Positions 47,923 to 56,762 of a stretch of 64,000 nucleotides of DNA are shown in pieces. How positions within the stretch are numbered: position 1 is the first letter of the stretch; each line of letters begins with the position of its first letter. The position numbers were made by a program, and so were the translations under genes. The DNA is from Bacilli bacterium (GTDB taxonomy: Bacteria; Bacillota_I; Bacilli_A; ML615J-28; CAG-698), in the NCBI GenBank assembly GCA_017617065.1, contig JAFZWP010000022.1:141214-205213 (forward strand), read 5' to 3'. A model generated the notes under the pieces. That model saw only the letters and a program-made list of their open reading frames with translations. It searched no databases and was not told the origin of the DNA.

Positions 47923-48804
47923 CTAATCAATATTAATTAATTCGTATGCTCTATCACCAAAACCTAGTCTTGATGCAGCATCTAAAATATATTCACCATT
48001 TTGACGATTAACACGCGCCATAAAATGGTCTTTACCTTTATCGTCTGATTTTTTAATTAAATCTATACACGCTTGATCAATGGCAATTGGATCAGTCGAT
48101 GCTAAAATACCAATATCTGCCATGCATGGATCTTCTGCTACTTCGCAACAATCACAGTCAACTGATAAATTACACATTATATTAATATAAACGATTCTAT
48201 CTTTAAATAAAGTATGCACTGCGCTAGCCGCATCAGCCATTGATTCTAAGAATCTATCTTGAGCAGGTAAATCATTCCACAAATTATATTGGTCAAGAGT
48301 TCTACCGGCTGAATGGATGTAAGCTTTACCAGCACTTGATGCACAACCAATCGATAACTGTTTAAGTGCTCCCCCAAAGCCACCCATTGGGTGCCCTTTA
48401 AAGTGTGAGCATACAAGCATGCTATCATAATTTAGTAAGTTTTTACCAACATAATCTTTTTTAATAGTTATACCATTAGGTATATCTAGCTCTACATCAG
48501 GTCCAACTTCATCTAATAAGTCTACTTTATAATATTTAGTCCACTCATGTTCAGCTAGTAATTTTAAATGTTTATCCGAAGAATTTCTAGCTCCTCCATA
48601 AGCAGTATTACATTCTACAACAGTTCCACCCACTAGTTTAACTAACTTTTCCATAAATTCTGGATGTAAATAGTTTTGATTACCGTGTTCTCCTGAATGT
48701 ACTTTAAATGCTACTTTGCCTTCTAACTTTTTTCCAACTTGATTAAAGATTTTAACTAAGCTGTCTGGTGAAATTTCTTTAGTAAAGTAAATTTTTGCTT
48801 TCAT
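47923..48804 (-). CDS. DUF362 domain protein
   Basis: 293 aa with a DUF362-like layout and a Cys cluster (SVDCDCCEV...DPC). Confidence 0.6.
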   Translation of the reverse strand: MKAKIYFTKEISPDSLVKIFNQVGKKLEGKVAFKVHSGEHGNQNYLHPEFMEKLVKLVGGTVVECNTAYGGARNSSDKHLKLLAEHEWTKYYKVDLLDEVGPDVELDIPNGITIKKDYVGKNLLNYDSMLVCSHFKGHPMGGFGGALKQLSIGCASSAGKAYIHSAGRTLDQYNLWNDLPAQDRFLESMADAASAVHTLFKDRIVYINIMCNLSVDCDCCEVAEDPCMADIGILASTDPIAIDQACIDLIKKSDDKGKDHFMARVNRQNGEYILDAASRLGFGDRAYELINID

Positions 48805-48927
48805 CTTATAACTCCTATATATTAATTTTACATTATCTAAAAATAATTGTTAATAAAAACATTAATTATAAAAAATAAAAATGTTTTCTTAAGTATACTT
48901 ACGATTATTATTTTTTAAAAAACATTA

Positions 48928-48953
48928 AAAGCCTTGGCATTTACCAAGGCTTT
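48928..48953 (-). terminator. Rho-independent terminator after mscS
   Basis: AAAGCCUUGG-UAAAUG-CCAAGGCUUU followed by UAAUGUUUUUU. Confidence 0.7.
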
Positions 48954-48958
48954 ATAAT

Positions 48959-49969
48959 TTATTCTTTTTCTTCAATATCTTTAGATAATTCTCGTTGTTC
49001 CTTAACAAAGTTTTCTATTTCTTTATTTGAAGAAAAGTTTTGATCTCTCTTTTCTTCTAGCTTTGAAATAGTAATTTGAGGGAATGGAACATTAATTCCA
49101 TTTTCATCAAACATCATCTTAAGTTCTCTATTTAAGGCTCTCTTTACAATATATAAATCTTCTTCTTTACATTTAGCCATGAATAATAGGTTAACTGAAG
49201 ATGCTGCTAATTCATCAACGCCTTTATAGAATGGTCCTTCAATAATTTCAGGAATGTTTGCTTTAATTCTATCTAGGTTATCCATAACAACTCTTTCAAC
49301 TTCAGGAATTGGTTTACCATATTCGATACCAATATATGCTACTGCAATTGATAATTGTTTAGTTTGGTTAATAATTGAAGCAATTTGTGAATTGTTAATA
49401 ATCTTAACATTTCCACCCCAGTCAATAATCTTAGTAGTTCTAATACCAATTTCTTGAACTTCGCCTCTCCAGTTATCCACAACTACGATATCGCCAACTT
49501 CAAAATCGCCTTCGAATACAATAAATACACCAGCAATTATATCAGCGATTAAGCTTTGAGCACCTAATCCTATAACTAGTCCTAAAATTCCCGCACTAGC
49601 AAGTAGAGTTCTTCCATCAACTCCAAATGCAGATAATATAAGAAGAATCGCTACAATTGCAATGGCATATTTGATAAAACTAGCAAGTAGCTTAACGATA
49701 GTTAAACTTCTTTTGTTTTTAGAAAATAACTTTGTTAAGACAAATTTAAATACAATATAAATAATATATCCAAAAGTTATTATTTCAATTGATCTAATAA
49801 CTGCAGGAATCTTACGATACAATGTATCTATTGCTTCATGCCCAACTGGGTTATTATTAAATACTGAGTTTTCTGAGAATAGTTGGGTTGAGAAAATAAA
49901 ACTCAACACACATACTATAATACCTATAATTAGTAATACTAATCCTGTAACATTAATTTTCTTTTTCAT
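48959..49969 (-). CDS. MscS-family mechanosensitive channel
   Basis: 3-4 TM helices followed by the MscS beta-domain motif ADIIAGVFIVFEGDFEVGDIV...GEVQEIGIRTT. 336 aa. Confidence 0.85.
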   Translation of the reverse strand: MKKKINVTGLVLLIIGIIVCVLSFIFSTQLFSENSVFNNNPVGHEAIDTLYRKIPAVIRSIEIITFGYIIYIVFKFVLTKLFSKNKRSLTIVKLLASFIKYAIAIVAILLILSAFGVDGRTLLASAGILGLVIGLGAQSLIADIIAGVFIVFEGDFEVGDIVVVDNWRGEVQEIGIRTTKIIDWGGNVKIINNSQIASIINQTKQLSIAVAYIGIEYGKPIPEVERVVMDNLDRIKANIPEIIEGPFYKGVDELAASSVNLLFMAKCKEEDLYIVKRALNRELKMMFDENGINVPFPQITISKLEEKRDQNFSSNKEIENFVKEQRELSKDIEEKE

Positions 49970-49970
49970 A

Positions 49971-51941
49971 TTATCCTCCTAATTGTAATGTGAAATTGCT
50001 CCAAAGTTGTGGTTCAATATTTGTACCATCGTTTTCAAGCAAGATGAAGCAACACTCTCCATCTTCTAAATCTTCTAACGATACATATAGTCTTGTACCT
50101 TCAAACATGTCGTTAGCATCTATAATTGCTGGATAGATGTTACCATTTTTATTAAATAACAAATAACTCCAGCTATATTCTTCATCATATACATCTAATG
50201 AAATATATGGTTCTGGGTACATATCATTATCATATGGATGCTCAAGAATAACATTAGAATTCTTAGCATCTTGATAATTAATGGTATCACTTGTAATAAT
50301 TGCTGTATTATTAGCATATATTGTATAACTATAATCGCTTGATGAAGAACCACCATCATCATATATAACTGCATAATATCCAGCACCAGTTGCTAATTCA
50401 TGTAAATCAAGGGCAAACGATTTATCATATCCTTTGTTACTAGTTAAATAAATACTTAAAGTTTCGTTTACATCATATTCATCTATATCCACAATCACTA
50501 ATACATTGTGTGAAAATGATATTATTTGTACATTACTTACGCTAGATGACGCCACATTATAAACAATATTCTTCTCATCAATGTATACTGTATAATTATC
50601 AATTAATAATTCATATCTATAATATCCATATTCACTAATATGATAATCAAATTCATAATAATACAAATCATCTATTTGCGGATTAGCAACTAATTCTTCT
50701 AGAAATACATTATCATCTTTATAAACAATTAGTTTAACTATCTCGTTTTCACTAAATTCACTAAATGTTAAAGTAACATATACATTAGTATTTTCATTAT
50801 TAACATCCAATTCATATAATACTGTATCCCAAATATAACCTAATACTATTTCTTCTTGATAAATAATATCATTGTTAGCATAAATGACTACATCATATTT
50901 ACCATCAGTTAGATCATTTACTTCACCATCGCATCTATAATATTCTTCTTCTTGAATAATATTATCTAATTCAACATTTTTAACTAAATCACCATCTAAA
51001 TAAAAACTCAAATTAATAATTTCACTGCTTACATAATTATCAAAATCAATATAGTAATAGAAAATTAAATCACCATATTCATTTCCAAAATAACTAACAG
51101 TTGTATATGCTGGCGTTTGCACATCTACTTTACTAACCATTTCTAGATTATTATTAACATATAGACATACATTATATTCACCATCACTATTTACACTAAA
51201 TGAATTATTATAAATATAACTATATTCATTTTGTATAACTTGATCAATTGGAATAGTTTCTATTACTTCTCCATTATATTCAAGTTGAAGTAAAACAAAA
51301 TCATCACTATTAAAATCACTAAATTCAACACTTACATAGATCAATTCATCTACGTAATTAGCATCAATTCTATTTACTAAGGTAAGTGGTATATCATCTT
51401 TTGCTTCAATTACATAATCATTTTTATAAAGAGTATTAAATCCACTTTCTATACTTATATGATAAGATACATTTTCTTTTAACCCATCAACATCTGCAAA
51501 ATACATATATTGATTTTCTTCTTCAGGGCCTTCTTCGAACGCTTCTATTTTATAAACTCTATCAGTAAATTCATTTTTAATTACTAATTCTAAGTCATCA
51601 TCTTCATAATATTCAGAAAACAATATGCTTATAAACAAATTAGTATCATATCCTTCAATAAAAACTTCACTAATTTTACTCTTAGGTCCAAAGATAAAAG
51701 AAGTCCCCATTACTACTGCCATTGTAATAACAAGGGCAGATGATAATAGTTTAGTAAATAAACCTGATAATTTTCTTGCCCTCAAGCTAGATTTATTATC
51801 ATTGATTTCTTTAAAGGAAGTAAATTCGTTATAATCATTATTTTGGATATTAAGCTTATTGTATTCATTATAGTCACGATATTCATTATAAATAGACTGC
51901 AAATCATTGTTTGATTCTATTTTGTTTTTCTCATTATCCAC
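49971..51941 (-). CDS. Membrane-anchored protein with six tandem acidic Tyr/Asn/Asp-rich modules of about 95 aa each
   Basis: 656 aa. N-terminal 60-aa cytoplasmic segment, one TM helix (LFTKLLSSALVITMAVVMGTSFIF), then reiterated modules sharing the pattern Y/F-V-x-L/V-x-F-S-E/D-F...Y-x-V-x-I/L-Y-A/V-N-N. No family recognised. Confidence 0.7.
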   Translation of the reverse strand: MDNEKNKIESNNDLQSIYNEYRDYNEYNKLNIQNNDYNEFTSFKEINDNKSSLRARKLSGLFTKLLSSALVITMAVVMGTSFIFGPKSKISEVFIEGYDTNLFISILFSEYYEDDDLELVIKNEFTDRVYKIEAFEEGPEEENQYMYFADVDGLKENVSYHISIESGFNTLYKNDYVIEAKDDIPLTLVNRIDANYVDELIYVSVEFSDFNSDDFVLLQLEYNGEVIETIPIDQVIQNEYSYIYNNSFSVNSDGEYNVCLYVNNNLEMVSKVDVQTPAYTTVSYFGNEYGDLIFYYYIDFDNYVSSEIINLSFYLDGDLVKNVELDNIIQEEEYYRCDGEVNDLTDGKYDVVIYANNDIIYQEEIVLGYIWDTVLYELDVNNENTNVYVTLTFSEFSENEIVKLIVYKDDNVFLEELVANPQIDDLYYYEFDYHISEYGYYRYELLIDNYTVYIDEKNIVYNVASSSVSNVQIISFSHNVLVIVDIDEYDVNETLSIYLTSNKGYDKSFALDLHELATGAGYYAVIYDDGGSSSSDYSYTIYANNTAIITSDTINYQDAKNSNVILEHPYDNDMYPEPYISLDVYDEEYSWSYLLFNKNGNIYPAIIDANDMFEGTRLYVSLEDLEDGECCFILLENDGTNIEPQLWSNFTLQLGG

Positions 51942-52009
51942 AATATCACTTCCTTTCTTATTAATATAATCACATTATAGCATAATAATTATTTAAATGA
52001 ATATAATAA

Positions 52010-52037
52010 AAGAATTGATATAATAATATCAATTCTT
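52010..52037 (-). terminator. Rho-independent terminator after tRNA-Thr
   Basis: AAGAAUUGAUAU-UAUU-AUAUCAAUUCUU followed by UUAUUAUAUU, 8 nt after the tRNA CCA end. Confidence 0.7.
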
Positions 52038-52045
52038 TTTTACAT

Positions 52046-52121
52046 TGGTGCCCGAGACAAGATTTGAACTTGCGACCTACGCATTACGGGTGCGTTGCTC
52101 TACCAACTGAGCTACTTGGGC
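52046..52121 (-). tRNA. tRNA-Thr(CGU)-like gene with encoded CCA, C at position 33 and an A5-C68 acceptor mismatch
   Basis: Hand-folded: GCCCAAG-TA-GCTC-AGTTGGTA-GAGC-A-ACGCA-CCCGTAA-TGCGT-AGGTC-GCAAG-TTCAAAT-CTTGT-CTCGGGC-A-CCA. Confidence 0.75.
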
Positions 52122-52129
52122 ACCAATGA

Positions 52130-53419
52130 TTAATCTAGGTTTTCGTACATGTAATTATCCCATGGATGATTCTTATAGAAGTTTACATGTAATCTATGCA
52201 TTTCTTCAATTAATAAGTTCCACTTCATCATTGAATGACTATCTGGGAATATATCTACATATTCATTATCTACATAAATATTAAAGCTAGCAGCATCTTG
52301 AATAGAAATTACAGAATATAACTGTTTCCAGTTTAGGTCAAAATCGTGATCTGATGTATCTTCGCCTTTGAAATGTAAGCCATCATGATCTAGAGTTAAT
52401 ATTCCATTTGCTACTATTTCACTAGTTGCTTTATTTTTTAGATAATGGTCATTTGGAAGTTTTCCAAGTTTTATATGATCACTATAGACATAATTTGGAT
52501 CTTTTCTTATTTCTTTAATAACGGCAATTCTCTCTTGCCTTACCCATTCAGAAATTGTATCAGGAATTACACAAGTATCGTCATATGGATGAAAATCATA
52601 ATATTCATCTAGTTCTGCTCCGTTTCCACAAGCTTCACATGTGAATTTATTTCCATCACCTTTCATCTTAAATTCTGCGCCGCACTTAGGGCATCTATAA
52701 AGTAAGTCTTCTAGATGATAGCACATACGGCCATTACCTTCATATTTGTAATGCTTTTCTTTGTTCCATGCATATTCATCATGCCTAAAAGCATTATTAA
52801 TTATTTCATCAATTTCTTCACTTGATTTAGTTTCTAAATCAGCTGGAGATAAAAGAAGAGAACTAGTAGCGTAAGTATTACCACTTCTAATATCTAAACA
52901 TGCTTTAGTATTAAGTAAGTGTTGACCTCTTAAGCATACAAAATAAACAGGTAGCTTGTAATGCTTAAGCATATGGCCAGTGCCTGGGACAATTGGTTTG
53001 TTCATACCATCATTAGTAGCTAAGCCTTCAGGCGCAAAAGCAATGCATGCGCCCCTATTAATCATTTTACGCATAATACGTGTTGATAAGATATCATTAA
53101 CATATGGTTTTTTAGGTAACACATTATTATGCTTAAATGCAAAATGTAGGTGTGATCTAAAGAATTCCCCATAAGAGCACAATATATTAACTCTTCTTGG
53201 GTATGCTATTTCCATTACATACATATGATCAAGTCTTGATAAATGATTAAAGATTATAAAACAAGGGCCTTTGCAATCATTAATGTCATCGATTTTTTCG
53301 TAATGTGGATGATATTTTTTACCAACTATTCTCATTACATTACGATAAATAAAATACCATAGCCTCTTAGTAATATGGTAATTACGATTAGTAATTTCTT
53401 TTCTTATATCTTTTTTCAT
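52130..53419 (-). CDS. PlsC-like acyltransferase with zinc ribbon and C-terminal domain
   Basis: HX4D motif (FNHLSRLD), FAPEG motif, zinc ribbon CPKCG...CEACG. 429 aa. Confidence 0.65.
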   Translation of the reverse strand: MKKDIRKEITNRNYHITKRLWYFIYRNVMRIVGKKYHPHYEKIDDINDCKGPCFIIFNHLSRLDHMYVMEIAYPRRVNILCSYGEFFRSHLHFAFKHNNVLPKKPYVNDILSTRIMRKMINRGACIAFAPEGLATNDGMNKPIVPGTGHMLKHYKLPVYFVCLRGQHLLNTKACLDIRSGNTYATSSLLLSPADLETKSSEEIDEIINNAFRHDEYAWNKEKHYKYEGNGRMCYHLEDLLYRCPKCGAEFKMKGDGNKFTCEACGNGAELDEYYDFHPYDDTCVIPDTISEWVRQERIAVIKEIRKDPNYVYSDHIKLGKLPNDHYLKNKATSEIVANGILTLDHDGLHFKGEDTSDHDFDLNWKQLYSVISIQDAASFNIYVDNEYVDIFPDSHSMMKWNLLIEEMHRLHVNFYKNHPWDNYMYENLD

Positions 53420-54345
53420 TTAGATTTTCCTTTTTCTTTTGATCTTTTATCATTTATTATTTGCATTTCTTTTTCAGTAATAAGTGTGCAGTTATTTTCT
53501 TTTGCCCAGTTTACGCAACCTGTTAATACTAGTTTTAAAAATGGTCTAGGCACTTTAACTAACATTTTCAAAGCATCATCAGAAAATTTAACTACATCAT
53601 CAATGCGATCTGCGGCATATCTTACGCTAGTTAAATCCACTTCGCGATTTGGGATTGGTTGAGCGTTTGGCTTTTTATAATCAGAACACCAAAAGTTTTT
53701 AGAATCTCTATATCCCCAGTTAGTAGCTAGTGGCATAAAGTTAGATCTAGTTACACCATTAATAATCGCATCATAATATTTTTCTTTCATCAATACTTTA
53801 TCAACTTTTAAAATGAAATGCGCACCAAACTTAGATGTAATTCCATTGAAGTTATGATATGGGCCATTATATTCTTCTTGAACCTCAGTTCCTTCACAAT
53901 CTTCAAGTTCTTTCCACCAACTGCATTCAAATACTTGTAATGCTTCGCTTATTACTTTTGGGTACTTTTCTTCTTTATTTGCTTCAGCTAACAGGCCATC
54001 TTCTAAATGAAAACAAAAATCTTTCATTTTTTCTTCTGGCGTATCACCAGGAAAGCCTAGATCAACATGCTTGGCAAATATTTTTTTAGAATATGGTAAA
54101 AAGTTAATTGTACATTTACCATGTCTAATAATACCTTTAGCTGTATTTGATGTGTTTCTGCATTCCAAAATCATTGCATAATTTTCTTTTCCTGCAATGT
54201 AATAAGGAAAGCAAAGTGAATATGCTCCAAAACTAGTCTTTTCTCCTTTTTCATCAAGAGTTCCGATTAAACAAAGTGGCATTGGGAAAAAGGATGATGT
54301 TTGATAAAAGTTATCAACAATTCTTAGATTTTTAAAACTACTCAT
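53416..54345 (-). CDS. Flavin-reductase-like (FMN-binding split-barrel) domain protein with C-terminal extension
   Basis: The pattern FPMPLCLIGTLDEKGEKTSFGAYS...NT resembles the flavin reductase-like domain. Start set at ATG 54345 (AAGGAG 5 nt upstream). 4-nt overlap with the acyltransferase gene. Confidence 0.45.
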   Translation of the reverse strand: MSSFKNLRIVDNFYQTSSFFPMPLCLIGTLDEKGEKTSFGAYSLCFPYYIAGKENYAMILECRNTSNTAKGIIRHGKCTINFLPYSKKIFAKHVDLGFPGDTPEEKMKDFCFHLEDGLLAEANKEEKYPKVISEALQVFECSWWKELEDCEGTEVQEEYNGPYHNFNGITSKFGAHFILKVDKVLMKEKYYDAIINGVTRSNFMPLATNWGYRDSKNFWCSDYKKPNAQPIPNREVDLTSVRYAADRIDDVVKFSDDALKMLVKVPRPFLKLVLTGCVNWAKENNCTLITEKEMQIINDKRSKEKGKSK

Positions 54346-54419
54346 ATGTTCTCCTTTTCGGTCTATATATTTTGTATTTTCAAAGTGCATATATTTTTTT
54401 GCACTTTGGGATAATTATT

Positions 54420-54494
54420 TGGCAGGCACTATAGGATTCGAACCTATGAATGACTGGGTCAGAGCCAGTTGCCTTACCGCTTGGCTAAGTGCCT
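54420..54494 (-). tRNA. tRNA-Gln(CUG), CCA encoded
   Basis: Hand-folded: AGGCACT-TA-GCC-AAGCGGTAA-GGC-A-ACTGG-CTCTGAC-CCAGT-CATTC-ATAGG-TTCGAAT-CCTAT-AGTGCCT-G-CCA. All stems Watson-Crick. Confidence 0.88.
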
Positions 54495-54529
54495 ATATAA
54501 CTTATATGCATTGCATATAAGTTAATTGT

Positions 54530-55867
54530 TTATAATTTCATTAATTTAAATATATCTTCAATTGATTGAAGTTTACTTCTAATCGCTACTTTCCCATCAT
54601 TGATGACTAAATCAATTTCTTCAGGAAGTAAGCAGTGATGTACTCCACCTTTACCATTCATACTATTTTGATATGATCCTGTTCCCATTAAGCCAATATA
54701 TAATTCATCTGATTTTGGTAGGTTAATATAGCCTTTATCTTTTTCAAAATATACATCATCACAGTCACATGTAATACCTGCTAAATATGATTTAACCATT
54801 TCTTTATCTAAATCGTTAACTGGTCTTACTTCAATTGGTTCACCTAATGCATACATCTCTGGCATTGCAATTAGTAAACTACCATCTACAATATTCCAAG
54901 GATATTTATCAGTATTCTTAATGCCTACTACTTTATATACATTACATGTGGCATCCTTTTGAGAATATTTACCATTTTCACTGAATAAATTAGGATAAGT
55001 TACTTTTGCTTTATCACACAAATTAATAATTAAGCCTAAAACATATTTAGCCCACTTATCATAATCAAAGCCTTCATCAACTGGTAGTGGAGTTCCTCCA
55101 CCCATATTGAAGTTATTTACACTTGGAAAGAGTCTTGCTGCCTTCACATAGTATTTATTAAATACTTTTTCAAAGTTTTCTTGAAACTTATCTTCTTCGT
55201 AATCAAATCCTCTTTGGTGAAAATGAATGGTAGATAGAACTAAATTAGTATTTTTAATATCATTTAAAATATAGTCTACTTCGCTATTGGTTAAACCAAA
55301 ACGATCGTTTTTGATTTCTTCTTCTTTTTCAGCGTACAATGCTTCAATATGAATACGCATGCCCACTTCAACTGGTAGATTGCTTTTCTTTAATAATTCA
55401 TATTCAGATACTGAATCAATGATATCAATGATTTTAATACCTTCGTTATGTATTTTAATTATTTCATCCACATAATCATTTAATTTATAACCATTACATA
55501 CAATATATTTATTTTTATATTCTGGAAATCTCCTAAATAATTCATGAGTGAATAATAAATCATAATAGCTTGATGTTTCAAGACCATCTGCATGCTTAAA
55601 TGCTTCGATTACTTCTAAAGCTCCATAGTTAGCTTTATTGGCATTTAAATAAATAAATTTAGCTGGATAATTTAATTCTTTAATAGCTTTAGAAAAACTA
55701 TCTTTTAAGCTAACAATATGGTCTTTAATCAAATCTAAAAACGTAATCTTTAAAGGAGTGCCATAAGTTTTAGCTAATTCTTTTAAAGAATAACCATTAT
55801 AAAACAATTCATTATTTTTAATTTCTTTAACTTTTTTCATATTTTTAATTATGGATAGTTGTTCCAC
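54530..55867 (-). CDS. Type III PLP-dependent (Orn/Arg/DAP family) decarboxylase, substrate unassigned
   Basis: PLP-lysine motif NANKANY, glycine-rich NMGGGTP, C-terminal GTGSYQNSM. GTG start with AAAGGGG 4 nt upstream. Overlaps arcC by 23 nt. Confidence 0.7.
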   Translation of the reverse strand: MEQLSIIKNMKKVKEIKNNELFYNGYSLKELAKTYGTPLKITFLDLIKDHIVSLKDSFSKAIKELNYPAKFIYLNANKANYGALEVIEAFKHADGLETSSYYDLLFTHELFRRFPEYKNKYIVCNGYKLNDYVDEIIKIHNEGIKIIDIIDSVSEYELLKKSNLPVEVGMRIHIEALYAEKEEEIKNDRFGLTNSEVDYILNDIKNTNLVLSTIHFHQRGFDYEEDKFQENFEKVFNKYYVKAARLFPSVNNFNMGGGTPLPVDEGFDYDKWAKYVLGLIINLCDKAKVTYPNLFSENGKYSQKDATCNVYKVVGIKNTDKYPWNIVDGSLLIAMPEMYALGEPIEVRPVNDLDKEMVKSYLAGITCDCDDVYFEKDKGYINLPKSDELYIGLMGTGSYQNSMNGKGGVHHCLLPEEIDLVINDGKVAIRSKLQSIEDIFKLMKL

Positions 55868-56762
55868 TTAACCCCTTTAATGCAATGCTTGCTGCTTCGA
55901 TTGATGTGATAATCGCTTTGCGCTTATTACATGCTTGCACAAATTCAATACTTGCTTCAACTTTTGGCTTCATACTTCCAGCTTTAAAATGACCTTGAAG
56001 ATTATATTCTTTCATCTTTGATACTGTAACATCAGTTAACTTTTCTTCATTAGGTAATCCAAAATTAATTAATGCATTATCTACAGCCGTTAATATTAGT
56101 AGACAGTCAGCATTTACCTCATCAGCAAGTTTTGAGGAAGCATAATCTTTATCAATTACTGCATCAATTCCTTCTAAATGCCCATTATTATTGATAACTG
56201 GAATTCCTCCCCCTCCACAAGCTACAACTATAAAGCCATTATTAACAAGTGTATTAATTTGTTCACTTTCAATAATCTTAACTGGCTTTGGACTAGCTAT
56301 AACTCGCCTGTATCCACGACCGGCATCTTCTTTTACTGGATAACCGAGTTTTAGTGCTTCTTCTTTAGAGTAAAAAGAGCCAATTGGTTTAGTAGGATCT
56401 AGAAAGGCTTTATCATCTTTATCTACTTCTACTTGCGTAATTAAGCTAACTACTTTTTTATTGATATGATTAATTGCTAATTCGTTTGCTATCGCATTTT
56501 GAAGATGATAGCCAATATAGCCTTGGCTCATAGCACCGCATTCGCTAAAAGGCATATCATATACTTTAGGATTTACCTTTTTACCTTCACTAAAAGCAAG
56601 ATTGATTAAGCCAACTTGGGGACCATTTCCATGTGACACGATTACGTTATGTCCCATCTTTATTATCTCCACAATCTTTTTAGCAGTTAATGCGGCATTT
56701 TCTTTTTGTTCTGCTACACTATTTCCTAGCGCATTGCCTCCTAGTGCAATTACTATTTTCAT
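55845..56762 (-). CDS. arcC: Carbamate kinase
   Basis: [13 protein letters not shown]-terminus, 305 aa amino-acid-kinase fold. 1-nt overlap (TAATG) with arcB. Confidence 0.9.
   Translation of the reverse strand: MKIVIALGGNALGNSVAEQKENAALTAKKIVEIIKMGHNVIVSHGNGPQVGLINLAFSEGKKVNPKVYDMPFSECGAMSQGYIGYHLQNAIANELAINHINKKVVSLITQVEVDKDDKAFLDPTKPIGSFYSKEEALKLGYPVKEDAGRGYRRVIASPKPVKIIESEQINTLVNNGFIVVACGGGGIPVINNNGHLEGIDAVIDKDYASSKLADEVNADCLLILTAVDNALINFGLPNEEKLTDVTVSKMKEYNLQGHFKAGSMKPKVEASIEFVQACNKRKAIITSIEAASIALKGLSGTTIHN

Noticed and set aside
54498-54524. Hairpin TAACTTATATGCA-T-TGCATATAAGTTA as terminator of the arc/decarboxylase operon
   Set aside because: No U-tract follows on the minus-strand RNA (it runs straight into the tRNA-Gln 5' end), so it is more likely a processing or stability element. 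It is kept only as part of the tRNA-module finding.
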